NCBI GenBank assembly: GCA_951406725.2
Contig: OX597817.1
Location: 52,018,001 to 52,082,000 of the forward strand
Length of the DNA: 64,000 nucleotides
Direction of reading: 5' to 3'
Source of the DNA: Octopus vulgaris
Taxonomy: Eukaryota
In this document: one piece after another, positions 11,883 through 25,484 of the stretch
How the letters are laid out: every line of letters begins with the position of its first letter
Position numbering within the stretch: position 1 is the first letter of the stretch
The notes under the pieces: model-generated
What the model saw: the letters and a program-made list of their open reading frames with translations, nothing else
Told to the model about the DNA's origin: nothing
Database searches by the model: none
Position numbers and translations under genes: made by a program

Positions 11883-11937
<55 letters not shown>

Positions 11938-11984
11938 GTTTGTCTGTCATTCAATCTCTGTCTTTCTATTTCCCTCCCTCAACC

Positions 11985-12065
<81 letters not shown>

Positions 12066-12275
12066 GCTCTATAGCTATTTGTATGCAGGTGTTCATTTAT
12101 CGGTTTATTTACGCTTACAGGCAACTCTGTCTCTCCTCAAAGTTGAAGCCGACTTTCGTAGACTTTAAAATCTCAGCGTGAAGAGATATAACAAAATACT
12201 ACCCAACGACCTAGATCTTTTCTGCCATTCACCACAATAAGGACATCAATGTTGAAAATGCTGAAGTCCAACGAC

Positions 12276-12349
12276 GGCCGGTTAGCTCAGTTGGTTAGAG
12301 CGTCGTGCTAATAACGCGAATGTCGTGGGTTCGAGCCCCATACTGGCCA
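12276..12349 (+). tRNA. tRNA-Ile(AAT), consensus copy
   Basis: Identical to 670-743. Confidence 0.97.
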
Positions 12350-13026
12350 TGTAGCTTTTTGTCGTTTCATTCTTTTTGTGCAGGTATGGTTGTATAGTTA
12401 AGAACTTCCGTTTGCAACCACCTGCTTTCACATTCGATCACAAAATTCGTAACATGAATAAACGACGTCTTCTATCGTCCCGATCGAACCAATGCCTTGC
12501 CAATGAATCTGCTAAATGGAAACTATTTGGAAGCCCCTTGTGTATATATGGGTGTATGTCTATCAATGTGTGTGCCGTCCCACCAACGCTTCGTAACGGG
12601 AGTTAGTCACTTTACGTCCCTGGCATTTCGGCAAAAAGACCGATAAGATACTACCACACAAAAAATATTGATTTGGTTTGCTCGATTTGACCACTTCAAG
12701 AAGGTGCTCCAACAAGGCTACAGACCAACGATTGAAACAAGTAAAAGATTAAATTTTAAACAATGTCAAAATCAGCCACCACTATCGCCTCGACATTTCT
12801 GCTCAATGCCCAAGGCATCAGCCCTTCCACCAATATATTTTTCTTTAGTACTATTCTTTGAGTCTTTTTGCCGAAACGCCAAATTACGAGGACGTAAACA
12901 GATCAACACCCATTGTGAAGCGTTAGATCGACCCCAGTACGCAATTGGTACTTAATTTATTGACCCTGAAAGAATGAAAGGAAAAGTCGAAAATAAAAGA
13001 GTGCAAGCTTAAGAAAAAAGAAGATA

Positions 13027-13100
13027 TGGCCAGTATGGGGCTCGAACCCACGACATTCGCGTTATTAGCACGACGCTCTAACCAACTGAGCTAACCGGCC
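13027..13100 (-). tRNA. tRNA-Ile(AAT), consensus copy in inverted segment
   Basis: Exact reverse complement of 670-743. Confidence 0.97.
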
Positions 13101-14570
13101 TTCGTTATGTTAGCCATCATTTTGACATTGACGTTGAGAAGTATTTTATTCCTCTTTGCGCTGTGAGTTGAAATTCTACGAAAATTGCTTTCAACTTTAA
13201 TCATGGTGGAGTTGTTAAAGTAAATCGGCTAAATGTAATCGATTTCCTGAAAGGGCAGAAATCTTGTTTAAACGTCCCATGTAACCCTCAGAACTCTTTT
13301 ATTTCTGGGAACATTCACAAGCCCAAAAAATAATAATAATAAACTTGTTATAATTTAAATATTTTCCCGCCTCCACATTATGTGTGCGTGAAGGAGAGAG
13401 AGAGTCAGAGAGAGAGAGAGAGAGAGAGAGAAAGTAAATAAAACACAAAAACACAAAGTAAAGATCGACTAGTCATGACTAGCTAGCGCGGATGCGCGAC
13501 TACGCGAGTGCGCGCACCGGGACCACTGTTCTCAAGTAGTACCGTAATAAAAAAACAGCTGAATACATGCTACACTGAACGACACGTAAAAAGATCCGAA
13601 ATGGGTATTTGATGCTACGGTTGATTAGCAAGACACCTCTGTGCTGAGACAGACAGACAGACAGATAGACAGACAGGCACCTTGCCATATACATGGAGAA
13701 ATAAGTTGACAGATAGACACCTACATATATATAGAGAGAGACAAAGTGCTAGATAGACACCTATATAGACATCTGTACAAAGACAGGTCAAAAAACGGAT
13801 ACCTGTGTATAGACAGATAGCGAGATACCTGTGTAGATAGAGTGCCAGATAGACACCTGTACATTCAGAGACCAGTAGACAGGTAGATATCTGTATGCAG
13901 AGAGAGGGAGAGAGTGAGAGGGAGAGAGAGGGGAGCGGGGAGATATATATATAGAGAGAGAGAGAATGAGGAGGGAGATAAACAGACAGAGATAGACTGA
14001 TAGACAGACAAATAGATAGATAGAGAGACAAAGGTTTCCGGGATTTTGCTAAACACTGCTATATTCCGTCCCCATTTCCTTCCATATCTTACATACTAAT
14101 GTATTCCCCCTCCCCTCTAAATCATCCCTTATTCCACTTGCCTCAACCTCTTACTTCCCCTCTTGCTCCTCCTCCTCCTCCTTCCCCCTCCCCTCCTCCT
14201 GCTCCTGCCCCTCTTCTTCCTGCCCGTCCTCCTACAGCCTCTCCTCCTCCTGGGGAGGCTTAAAATTTTTTTTTTTTTTGCATATTCGTAATCCCCAACA
14301 TCTAAAACGCAGGAATCTGAAAAGAAAAACTTTTCCAAAAAATGCATTTTTCAAGGAGAGGTGCGAAACTGCATTACACCCCACCCCCTTGATTCTCTTA
14401 GCTGACTTACTTTAACAACTCCACAATAATTAAAGTTGAAGCCAACTTTCGTAGAATTTCAACTCCCAGCGTAAAGAAGAATAACAAAATACTTCTCAAC
14501 GCTTTATCTTTTCCTCTACTATTCACCACAATAAGGACGTCAAAGTCAAAACGATTAATAATACAACGAA

Positions 14571-14644
14571 GGCCGGTTAGCTCAGTTGGTTAGAGCGTCG
14601 TGCTAATAACGCGAATGTCGTGGGTTCGAGCCCCATACTGGCCA
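14571..14644 (+). tRNA. tRNA-Ile(AAT), consensus copy
   Basis: Identical to 670-743. Confidence 0.97.
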
Positions 14645-15171
14645 TATATCTTTTTAAGTTTGCAATCTTTTATGTTTGCGCTGGCGTGCTTCCCACAGCT
14701 TTCATGTTCAATCCCAAAGTTTGTACCATGAATAATCGTCGTCTTCTAGAGCCCCGATCGAACGAATTCCTCGTCACTGAATCTAGTAGACGGAATCTGT
14801 TTTAAGGCGATGATCTGGCAGAATCGTTAACGCACCGAGCGAAATGCTTAGAGGTATTCCGTCGGTCTTTACGTTCTGAGTTCAAATTCCTCCGAGGTCG
14901 ACTTTGTCTTTCATTTTCTCAGAGTCGATACATTAAGTACTAATCGACTGACCCCCTCCCTCAAAATTTTGGGCTTTGTGCCTAGAGTAGAAAAGACAGA
15001 AGCTGTGTGAAATCTCGTTGTGTATGCCGTCCTACCAACGCTTCACAATGTGTGTTGGTCTGTTTCTGCAAAAAGACCGATTAAAATGAACGCAGTCCAA
15101 TGAACCGCAGTCCAATGAACGAAACAAACAAAGGATAAAACAAATATTTTAATTAAAAAAATAAACACAAA

Positions 15172-15265
15172 TCTCGCGAGACGGATTCGAACCACCGACC
15201 TAAGGAAGTCAGACGTTTAAATAACAAACTACAGTACTCCGCTCTACCAACTGAGCTATCGCGAG
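15172..15265 (-). tRNA. tRNA-Tyr(GTA) variant with anticodon-stem mismatch (G30T) and A38T; possibly non-functional
   Basis: + strand reads acagtactcc and taaggaagtc instead of acagtcctcc and taaggatgtc. Confidence 0.65.
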
Positions 15266-15611
15266 ACATACTGGCACCACATCTAAAAATAGTTTAGTCT
15301 TAAGAAATGTGAAGTTAAAAATACACCAGCTTTTTGATATAATGTCAGAGAAAGAAACAGGGAGGATGGGGAGGAGGAGGGGAGGAGGATGACGTCGACG
15401 TGGTGGAGGGGCAGGTGAGGAGGCAACTGGAATAATGGAAGATTTAGAGGGGAGGAGGGAATATGATATAATACGTGTAAGAAAACGGAGACGAAATATA
15501 GCAGTGTTTAGGATAAATTCGTAAACCTTTCTATCTATCTATCTATCTATCTGTCATTCAATCGGTCTTTCTATTTCACTCCATCCTCCCTCTCTCCTCT
15601 CTCTCTCTCTC

Positions 15612-15652
<41 letters not shown>

Positions 15653-15826
15653 CTTTATCAGTCTGTTTATGCTTACAGGACACTCTGTCTCTCTTCAAAG
15701 TTGAAGCCTCCTTGCGTAGAATTTGGACTCAGAGCTCAAAGACAAATAACAAAATACTACGCTCAAGCTTTTCTGCCATTCACCAAAATAAGGACATCAA
15801 TGTTAAAAGTGTTTATCTCCAACGAA

Positions 15827-15900
15827 GGTCGGTTATCTCAGTTGGTTAGTGCGTCGTGCTAATATCGCAAATGTCGTGTGTTCGAGCCCCATGCTCGTTA
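15827..15900 (+). pseudogene. tRNA-Ile(AAT) pseudogene, full length
   Basis: About 10 substitutions disrupting acceptor, D, anticodon and T stems. Confidence 0.9.
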
Positions 15901-16948
15901 CAGCTTTTTGAGCTTGCATTCATTTTTCGCAGGGTTGTATGGTTAAGGACTTCCTTTTGCAACCACCTGCTTTCACATTCAATCCCAAAGTTCGTACCAT
16001 GAATAAGCGTCGTCTTCTATAGTCCCGATCGAGCCAATGTTTTAGCAATGAATCTGGTGGACGGAAACTGTGTGGAAGCCCGTTGTGTATATATGGGTGT
16101 ATATCTATCAATGTGTATACCTATTTCTATTTCTTTATTACCCACAAGAGGCTAAACATAGAGGGGACAAACAAGGACAGACAAACGGATTAATTCGATT
16201 ACATCGACCCCAGTGCGTAACTTGTACTTAATTTATCGACCTCGAAAGGATGAAAGGCAAAGTCGACCTCGGCGGAATTTGAACTCAGAACGTAGCGGCA
16301 GACGAAATACTGCTAAGCATTTCGTCCGGCGTGCTAACGATTCTGCCAGCTCGCCGCCCTAATGTCAATGTGTATACCGTCCCACCAAACGGTTCACAAC
16401 GGGATTTGTTCTGTTTAAGTCCCCGTAACCTAGCATTTCAGCAAAACGACCGATAAAAAATACAACACAAAAATATAGAGTGTATTTGCTCGACTTGAAC
16501 ACTTCAAGGTGTTCCATCAAGACCGTCCAACACTCGAAACACGTAAAAATTAAAATAAAGAATTATTTTGATTAGAAAAAGAACAAACAAAAAAACAACG
16601 ATACCAGCAGCCATCTTCATCACCGCCACCTGCTGTTTTTTAAATCCAAGACTTCCTTTTGCAACCACCTGCTTTCACATTCAATCCCAAAGTTCGTACT
16701 ATGAATAAACGTCGTCTTCTATCGTCCCGATCGAACCAATGCTTTGGCAGTGAATCTGGTGGACGGAAACTGTGTGGAAGCCTATTGTGTATATACGGGT
16801 GTATATACACAATAGACCAATTAAAATATATCGAATTTGATTTCTCGACTTAATCAACTCAAGAAGTTTTTGCAGCGTGGCAGCAGTCCAATGAACGAAA
16901 TAAACAAAGGATAAAACAAATATTTTAATTTTAAAAAATAAACACAAA

Positions 16949-17042
16949 TCTCGCGAGACGGATTCGAACCATCGACCTAAGGATATCAGACGTTTAAATA
17001 ACAAACTACAGTCCTCCGCTCTACCAACTGAGCTATCGCGAG
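16949..17042 (-). tRNA. tRNA-Tyr(GTA) with 21-nt intron
   Basis: Intact exons. Confidence 0.96.
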
Positions 17043-17568
17043 ACGCTGAGACAGAGGTTCTCAAATAGTTTAGTCATAAGAAATTTGAAGTTAAAACTAC
17101 GCCAGTTGTTTGATATTGCGTGAGAGACGGAAATAGGGGGGTGACGGTGGAGGAAGATTAGAATGAGGACAAGGGGTGGTGGCGGTTGAGGAGGAGGAGG
17201 AGGAGAGAAGGAGGTAGAGGAGATGGTGGAGGAGGTGGAAGAGATGTTGAAGGATGAGGACGACGATGACGAGGTGGGGCAAGAGGAAGAGGAGCAGGAC
17301 GTGGAGGGGGTAGGACGAGGAAGGGCAGGAGGAGTAGAGCAGGAGGGAGAGGGGCAGCAGGAGCAGGAAGAGGAGAGCATGAGAGAGCAAGAGAAGGAGG
17401 TAAATAGAATAAGGTAGGATTTAGAAGGGAGAGGAGAATATGTTAGTATGTAAGATATTGTAAGGAAACGGGGACGGAATAATGCAGTGTTTAGGAAAAA
17501 CCCGGAAACCTTTGTGTGTGTCTCTATCTATCAATCTATATCTGTCTATCTGTCTCTCTGTCTGTTTA

Positions 17569-17647
<79 letters not shown>

Positions 17648-17901
17648 CCTACGTCTCCCGCCCTCTCTCTCTTTCTCTCTGCTTACAGATATCTATCCGT
17701 CTATTGGTCCCTGAATATACAGGTGTCTGTCCGGCACGCTATGTACGCAGGTAGGATCTCTCTATCTGTTGAAGCCGACTTTCGTAGAAATTGAACTCAC
17801 AGCGTAAAGAAGAATAACAAAATACTTCTCAACAGTTTATCTTTTCCTGCCATTCACCACAATAAGGACGTCAATGTCAAAATGATTAATAATACAACGA
17901 A

Positions 17902-17975
17902 GGCCGGTTAGCTCAGTTGGTTAGAGCGTCGTGCTAATAACGCGAATGTCGTGGGTTCGAGCCCCATACTGGCCA
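17902..17975 (+). tRNA. tRNA-Ile(AAT), consensus copy
   Basis: Identical to 670-743. Confidence 0.97.
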
Positions 17976-18407
17976 CATACTTTTAAAAAAAATTTTGCAT
18001 TCTTTTATGTTCGATTTTTCCTTTCATTCTTTCGGGGTCGATAAATTAAGTACCAATTGCATACTGGTGTCGATCTAGTCGACTACCCCCCCTCTCCCAA
18101 AACGTCGGGCCCTGTGCCTAGAGTAGGAAAGACAGAAGCTGTGTGAAAGCTCGTTTTGTGTATATGTGTCATTGTGTGTGCCGTCCTATAACGCTTCACA
18201 ATGGGTGTTGGTTTGTTTACGTCCCCCTAACTTGGCGTTTCGGCAAAAAGACCGATAGAATAGTTCTACACAAAAATATATTGAGTCGGTTTGCTCGACG
18301 TAACCACCTCACAAAGTTGTTCCAGCAAGGCCGAAGTCCAACGACCGAAATAGATAAGGAAATATTTTAATAAAAAAAAAAAGAAAAAAAAAAAAAAAAA
18401 GCACGAA

Positions 18408-18501
18408 TCTCGCGAGACGGATTCGAACCACCGACCTAAGGATGTCAGACATTCAAATAACAAACTACAGTCCTCCGCTCTACCAAATGAGCTATCGCGA
18501 G
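18408..18501 (-). tRNA. tRNA-Tyr(GTA) with 21-nt intron; G15T variant
   Basis: + strand taccaaatgag instead of taccaactgag; disrupts the G15:C48 tertiary pair. Confidence 0.75.
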
Positions 18502-18823
18502 ACACGGAGGCCGTATTTCTCAAATAATTTAGTCATAAGAAATGTGAAGTTAAAACTACGCCAGGTCTTTGATGTTATGTGAGAGGAGGAGGACGTCGGG
18601 GAGGGGCAAGAGGAGGAGCAAGAGTAGGAGCAGGAAGAGCAAGAGGAGGAGGCAAGTGGTATAAAAGAAGATTTAGAAGGGAGGGGGGAATATATTAGTA
18701 AGATATCTAAGGAAACGGGGACGGAATATAGCAGTGTTTAGCGGAAACTTGTGTCTATCTATCTATTTGTCTGTCTATCTATCTATCTATCTGTTTATCT
18801 CTCCTCCCTCTCTCTTTCTCCCT

Positions 18824-18865
<42 letters not shown>

Positions 18866-19339
18866 ATGCATACAGGTGTCTATATGGGTGTCTACCTAGC
18901 ACTCTGTCTCTCTCTCTATACATGTAGGTGTCTATCTGTCAACTTATTTCTTTATGTATATGGCAAGGTATCTGTCTGTCTGTCGAAAAAGTTCAAAATT
19001 TTAAATGGGAGGGGGGAGGGGAGGGTTAAAAATTATTTTTCTTCTTTTTTTTTTTGCATATTCGTAATCCCCGACATCTAAAACGCAGGAATCTGGAAAA
19101 AAAAACTTTTCCAAAAAATGCACTTTTCAAGAAGAGGTACGAAACTGCATTACACCCTTAATTCCCTTAGCTGACTTACTTTAACAACTCCGCAATGATT
19201 AAAGTTGAAGCCGACTTTCGTAGAATTTCAACTCACAGCGTAAAGAGGAATAACAAAATACTTCTCAACGGCTTATCTTTTTCTCTACTATTCACCGCAA
19301 TAAGGACGTCAATGTCAAAACGATTAATAATGCAACGAA

Positions 19340-19413
19340 GGCCGGTTAGGTCAGTTGGTTAGAGCGTCGTGCTAATAACGCGAATGTCGTGGGTTCGAAC
19401 CCCATACTGGCCA
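19340..19413 (+). tRNA. tRNA-Ile(AAT) variant (C11G D-stem mismatch; T loop TTCGAAC)
   Basis: TTAGGTCAG instead of TTAGCTCAG. Confidence 0.7.
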
Positions 19414-19563
19414 TATAACTTTTTAAGTTTGCGCTCTTTTGTGTTTGCGCAGGCGTGCTTGTATGGTTAAGAACTTCGTTTTGCAACTCTGCTTTCTCAT
19501 TCAATCCCAAAGTTTGTACCATGAATAAGCGTCGTCTTTTAGAGCCCCGATCGAACGAATGCT

Positions 19564-20375
19564 GGTCAATATAAAGATCCTCACTCGGAAACAAAGAAAA
19601 ATTAACCAGCCTCTATGTATTAACAAAGTATGTGGAAAACGAATATGAAACAAAAAATGTGCGCTGACGACCTAGGGGTGGGTGGACTTTCGGAAAATTC
19701 ACAAGATCCAATTTTTCCATCATAAATTCGGGTAAAATGAATATATATTGATTTTTTTTTTTTTTTTTTTTCTACGGAATCCCATGTTTTTGTTTATGGA
19801 GGATACGATTCTGAAAACAAAATTTTCAAAAATCGCCTTTTGGAAATTTCATTATGTTATCGCAGTTTTGTGAGATTTGGGTGTTATTTCTAGTATGTGG
19901 ATAGCCTTGCTTGAAAGACTAAGGGTATGTATTGTTTGTTTGTTTGATTTTTCTTATTGAAAATTTTAAATTTTACAAACAAATTTTTTCAGAATCGTAA
20001 TCTTCGTATTTTTCTACATATTTCGCAAAAAAAAAAAAAAAAAAAAAATTCGGAAAAAGTGAAAAATAAAGGTGGGAAATGAAATTTAGAAAATGCGATT
20101 TTTGAAAAGTTTGTTTTCAGAATCGGATCCCCCATAACCAAAACCGTGGGATTCCGTAACAAAAAAGTCAATATATATCCATCTTCCCAAAAGTTATGGA
20201 TGAAAAACAGGATCTTGTGAATTTTCCGAAAGTCCCTACCACCACCCTCACCCCCAGGGTCATTAGCACGCATTTCTTTTCATATTCGTTCTCCACACAC
20301 TTGTTAGCACCCCACCCACCCACCCCAGGCTGATTTTTTTTTTCTTTGTTCCGGGTGAAGGTCTTTATATCGATC
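19564..20375. mobile_element. Non-autonomous element with long imperfect TIRs (GGTCAATATAAAGA...), inserted in the spacer SINE
   Basis: Left ~280 bp is reverse-complementary to right ~290 bp; degenerate ~9-bp TSD around CCAATGC; absent from units at 4.8, 9.7 and 12.5 kb. Confidence 0.8.
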
Positions 20376-20868
20376 CAAAATGCCTTGTCACTGAATCTGA
20401 CGGAAGCTGTGTTGAGGCGGCGAGCTGGCAGAATCACCGGGCAAAATGCTTAGCGGTATTCCGTCTGTCTTTACGTTCTGAGTTCAAATTCCGCCGAGGT
20501 TGACTTTGCCTTTCATCCTTTCGAGGTCGATAAATTAAGTATCAATTAAGTACTCATCGACTGGCCCCTCTCCCAAAATTTTGGGCCTTGTGCCTTGAGT
20601 AGAAAACACGGAAGCTGAGTGAAAGCTCGTTGTGTGTACAGTCCCACCAACGCTTCACATCAGGTGTTCGTCTGTTTACGTCCCCGTAACTTGGCGTTTC
20701 GGCAATATGACCGATAAAATAGTACTACACAAAAATATATTGAGTCGGTTTGCTCGACGTAACCATGTCAAGAAGTTGTTCCAGCAAGGCCGAACTCCAA
20801 CGACCGAAACAGATAATGGGTAAAACAAGGAAATATTTTAATTAAATAAAAGAAAAGTAAAACACGAA

Positions 20869-20962
20869 TCTCGCGAGACGGATTCGAACCACCGACCTAA
20901 GGATGTCAGACGCTTAAATAACAAACTACAGTCCTCCGCTCTACCAACTGAGCTATCGCGAG
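20869..20962 (-). tRNA. tRNA-Tyr(GTA) with 21-nt intron
   Basis: Intact exons. Confidence 0.96.
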
Positions 20963-21829
20963 ACACGGAGACAGTGGATCTCAAATAGTTTAGTCGTAAT
21001 AAATGTGAAGTTAAAACGTATGCCAGCTATTTTATATTATGTGAAAGGTGGAGGACGAGGAGGAGGGCGATGAGGAGGAGAAGCCGGAGCATGGGGAGGA
21101 GCAGGAGCAAGAGAGGAGGGGGAGCAGGAGCAAGAGAGGAGTAGGAGTAGGAGCAAGAGGAGAAGCAGGAGGGGGAGCAGGAGGGGAAACAGGAGGGGCA
21201 ACGGGAGGAGGAGGCAAGCGATATAAGAGAAGATTTAGAGGGAGAGGGGGGAATATGTTAGTATGTAAGATATGTAAGGAAATAGAATATAGCAGTGTTT
21301 TACTGAAACCTGTCTATCTATCTATCTCAATTTATCTCCTCTTCTCTCTCTTTCTCCCCCCCCCCTCTCTCTCTCACTCTATGCATACAGGTATCTATAT
21401 GGGTGTTTATCTAGCAATTTGTCTCTCTCTATATATGTAGGTGTCTATCTGTCAACTTATTTCTCCATGTACATGGCAAAGTATCTGTCTATCTGTCTGT
21501 CTGTCTGTCGAAAAAGTTCAAAATTTTAAATGGGAGGGGGAGAGGGGGTGCATACTCGTAATCCCCGACATCTAAAACGCAGGAATCTGAAAAAAAAAAG
21601 TTTTCCAAAAACTGCATTTTTCAAGAAGTGCGAAACTGCATTTACCCCTTTGATTCCCTTGGCTGACTTACTTTAAAAACTCTGCAATGATTAAAGTTGA
21701 AGCCAACTTTCGTAGAATTTCAACTCACAGCGTAAAGAGGAATAACGAAATACTTCTCAACAGTTTATCTTTTTCTACCATTCACCACAATAAGGACGTC
21801 AATGTCAAAACGATTAATTATACAACGAA

Positions 21830-21903
21830 GGCCGGTTAGCTCAGTTGGTTAGAGCGTCGTGCTAATAACGCGAATGTCGTGGGTTCGAGCCCCATACTGG
21901 CCA
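21830..21903 (+). tRNA. tRNA-Ile(AAT), consensus copy
   Basis: Identical to 670-743. Confidence 0.97.
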
Positions 21904-22055
21904 TATAACTTTTTAAGTTTGCGCTCTTTTATGTTTGCGCAGGTGTGCTTGTATGGTTAAGAACTTCGTTTTGCAACCCACTGCTTTTTCGTTCAATCCC
22001 AAAGTTTGTACCATGAATAAGCGTCGTCTTTTAGAGCCCCGATCGAACCAATGCT

Positions 22056-22788
22056 GGTCAATATAAAGATCTTCACCCGGAAACAAAATAAAAATTAGCC
22101 AGCCTGTGGGTATTAACAAAGTGTGTGGAAAAGGAATAAGAAAAAAAAATGCGTGCTGACGAACCTGGGAGGGTACTTTCGGAAAATTCACGGGATCCGA
22201 TTTTTCCGTCATAAATTCAGGTAAATTGAATTTTTTTTTACGGACTCCCACGTTTTTTGGTTATGGAGGATCCGATTCTGAAAACATAATATTCAAAAAT
22301 CGCGTTTTCGAAATTTCATTATGCTATCGCAGTTTTGTGGGATTTGGCAGTTATTTCTAGTATTGCTTGAAAGCCTGAGGGTATACATTTTCTTTTTTCT
22401 TTTTTTTTTTTTTCTCGTTGAAAATTGGAAATTTTACAAATTTTTTTCAGAATCGTAATATTCGTATTTTTCTACATATTTTTCTACATAAAATAAAAAA
22501 TTCCGGAAAAAGTGAAAAAAAGTTTGTTTTCAGAATCGGATCCTCCATAACCAAAAATGTGGGATTCCGTAACAAAAAAGTCAATATATATCCATCTTCC
22601 CAAAAGTTATGACTGAAAAACCGGATCTTGTGAATTTTCCGCAAGTCCCTACCACCACCCTCACCCCCAGGGTCATCAGCACGCATTTCTTTTCATATTC
22701 GTTCTCCACACACTTGTTAGCACCCCACCCACCCACCCCAGGCTGTTTTTTCTTTTTTTTGTTCCGGGTGAAGGTCTTTATATTGATC
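22056..22788. mobile_element. Second copy of GGTCAATATAAAGA TIR element (co-duplicated with the unit)
   Basis: Same insertion site as 19564-20375. Confidence 0.8.
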
Positions 22789-23281
22789 CAAAATGCCTTG
22801 TCACTGAATCTGGCGGAAGCTGTGTTGAGGCGGCGAGCTGGCAGAATCACTGGGCAAAATGCTTAGCGGTATTCCGTCTGTCTTTATGTTCTGAGTTCAA
22901 ATTCCGCCGAGGTTGACTTTGCCTTTCATCCTTTCGGGGTCGATAAATTAAGTATCAATTAAGTACTCATCGACTGGCCCCTCTCCCAAAATTTTGGGCC
23001 TTGTGCCTAGACTAGAAAACACGGAAGCTGAGTGAAAGCTCGTTGTGTGTGCCGTCCCACCAACGCTTCACATCAGGTGTTCGTCTGTTTACATCCCCGT
23101 AACTTGGCGTTTCGGCAATATGACCGATAAAATAGTACTACACAAAAATATATTGAGTCGGTTTGCTCGACGTAACCATGTCAAGAAGTTGTTCCAGCAA
23201 GGCCGAACTCCAACGACCGAAACAGATAATGGGTAAAACAAGGAAATATTTTAATTAAATAAAAGAAAAGTAAAACATGAA

Positions 23282-23375
23282 TCTCGCGAGACGGATTCGA
23301 ACCACCGACCTAAGGATGTCGGACGTTTCAATAACAAACTATAGTCCTCCGCTCTACCAACTGAGCTATCGCGAG
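23282..23375 (-). tRNA. tRNA-Tyr body with anticodon ATA (G34A) and 21-nt intron
   Basis: + strand ctatag at 23339-23344 versus ctacag in all other full-length copies; rest of exons is consensus. Confidence 0.8.
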
Positions 23376-23681
23376 ACACGGAGACAATTGATCTCAAATA
23401 GTTTCGTCGTAATAAATGTGAAGTTAAACCTACGCCAGTTGTGTGATGTTATGTGAGAGGAGGAGAACGAGGAGGAGGACGACGGGGAGAGGCAGGAGGA
23501 GGAGCATGAGCAAGAGGAGGAGCAGGAGGAGAAACAGGAGGAGCAAGAGGAGGAGGCAAGTGGTATAAATGAAGATTTAGAAGGGAGGGGGGAATATATT
23601 AGTAACATGTCAGGAAACGGGAACGGTATAGCAGTGTTTACCGGGAACCTGTGTCTATCTATCTGTCTGCCTATCTATCAG

Positions 23682-23717
<36 letters not shown>

Positions 23718-24250
23718 CCTATTTATCTTTTTCTCCCCCCTCTCTCTTTCTCCTTCTCTCTCTCACTCTATGCATACAGGTATCTATATGGGTGTCTATC
23801 TAGCACTCTGTCTCTCTATATATATGTAGGTGTCTATCTGCTAACATATTTCTTTATGTATATGGCAAGGTATCTGTCTGTCGAAAAAGTTCAAAAAATT
23901 AAATGGGAGGCGGGAGGAGAGGGTTAAAAATTATTTTTCTTCCTTTTTTTTTTTTTTGCATATTCGTAATCCCCGACATCTAAAACGCAGGAATCTGAAA
24001 AAAAAAACTTTTCCAGAAAACGCATTTTTCAAGGAGAGGTGCGAAACTGCACCCGACCCCCTTGATTCTCTTGATTCTCTTAGCTGACTTACTTTAACAA
24101 CTCCACAATGATTAAAGTTGAAGCCAACTTTCGTAGATTTTCAACTCCCAGCGTAAAGAAGAATAACAAAATACTTCTCAACAGTTTATCTTAGCCTGCC
24201 ATTCACCACAATAAGGACGTCAATGTCAAAACGATTATTTATACAACGAA

Positions 24251-24324
24251 GGCCGGTTAGCTCAGTTGGTTAGAGCGTCGTGCTAATAACGCGAATGTCG
24301 TGGGTTCGAGCCCCATACTGGCCA
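24251..24324 (+). tRNA. tRNA-Ile(AAT), consensus copy
   Basis: Identical to 670-743. Confidence 0.97.
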
Positions 24325-24459
24325 TATATCTTTTTATGTTTGCATTCTTTTATATTTGTACAGGCTTCGTTTTGCAACCCACTCCCTTTTCGTTCAATCC
24401 CAAAGTTTTTACTATGAATAGGCATCGTTGTCTTTTAGAGCCCCGATCTAACCAATGCC

Positions 24460-24964
24460 GATCAATATAAAGATCCTCAACCGGAAACAAAAAAAATTAA
24501 CCAGCCTGTGGGTATTAACAGGTGTGTGGAATACGAATACGAAGCAAAAAATGTTCGGTGACGACCCTGGACTTACGGGAAATTCACAAGATCCAATTTT
24601 TCCGTCATAAATTGGGGTAAAATGGATATATATTGAATTTTATGTAACGGAATCCCACGTTTTGGGGTTACGGAGGATACGATTCTGAAAACAAAATTTT
24701 CAAAAATCGCCTTTTGGAAATTTCATTATGTTATCGCTGTTTTGTAAGATTTGGCTGTTATTTCTAGCATGTGGATAGCCTGCTTGAAGGCCTCAGGGTA
24801 TATATTCTTTTTTATTTTTTTTTTTCTTGTTGAAAAATTGAAATTTTACAAACAAATTTTTCTCAGAATCGCAGTCTTCATTTTCCACACACTTGTTAGC
24901 ACCCACCAGGCTGGTTATTTATTCTTTTTTTTTTTTTTCCTGAGAGCGGGTCTTTATATTGACC
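24460..24964. mobile_element. Third, internally deleted copy of GGTCAATATAAAGA TIR element
   Basis: Same site; flanks ACCAATGCC / CCCAATGCA. Confidence 0.78.
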
Positions 24965-25484
24965 CCCAATGCATTGTCAGTGAATCTGGTAGACGGAAGC
25001 CGTGTGAAGGCGGCAAGCTGGCAGAATCGTTAGCACACCGGGCAAAATGCTTAGGGGTATTCCGTCTATCTTTACGTTCTGAGTTCAAATTCCGGTGAGG
25101 CCGACTTTGCCTTTTATCCTTTCGGGGTCAATAAATTAAGTACCAATTAAGTACCAATCGACTGGCGCCCTGTCCCAAAATTTTGGACCTTGTGCCTAGA
25201 GTAGAAAAGACAGAAGCTGTGTGAAAGCTTGTTGTGTATATATGTGTCGTTGTGTATGCCGTCCCACCAACGCTTCACAACGGGTGTTGGTCTGTTTACG
25301 TCCCCGTAACTTGGCGTTTCGGCAAAATGACCGATAAAATAGCACTACACAAAAATATATTGAGTCGGTTTGCTCGACGCAACCACCTCAAGAAGTTGTT
25401 CCAGCATGGCCGAAGTCCAACGACTGAAACAAATATAGGATAAAACAAAGAAATATTTTAATAAAAAGAAAGAAAAAACACGAA

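Larger units (their letters stand above)
12139..16648 (+). repeat. ~4.5-kb segmental duplicate of 4447-8943
   Basis: Same order Ile(+), Ile(-), half-MITE, Ile(+), Tyr(-), pseudo-Ile, SINE A(-); offset ~7.7 kb. Confidence 0.92.
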
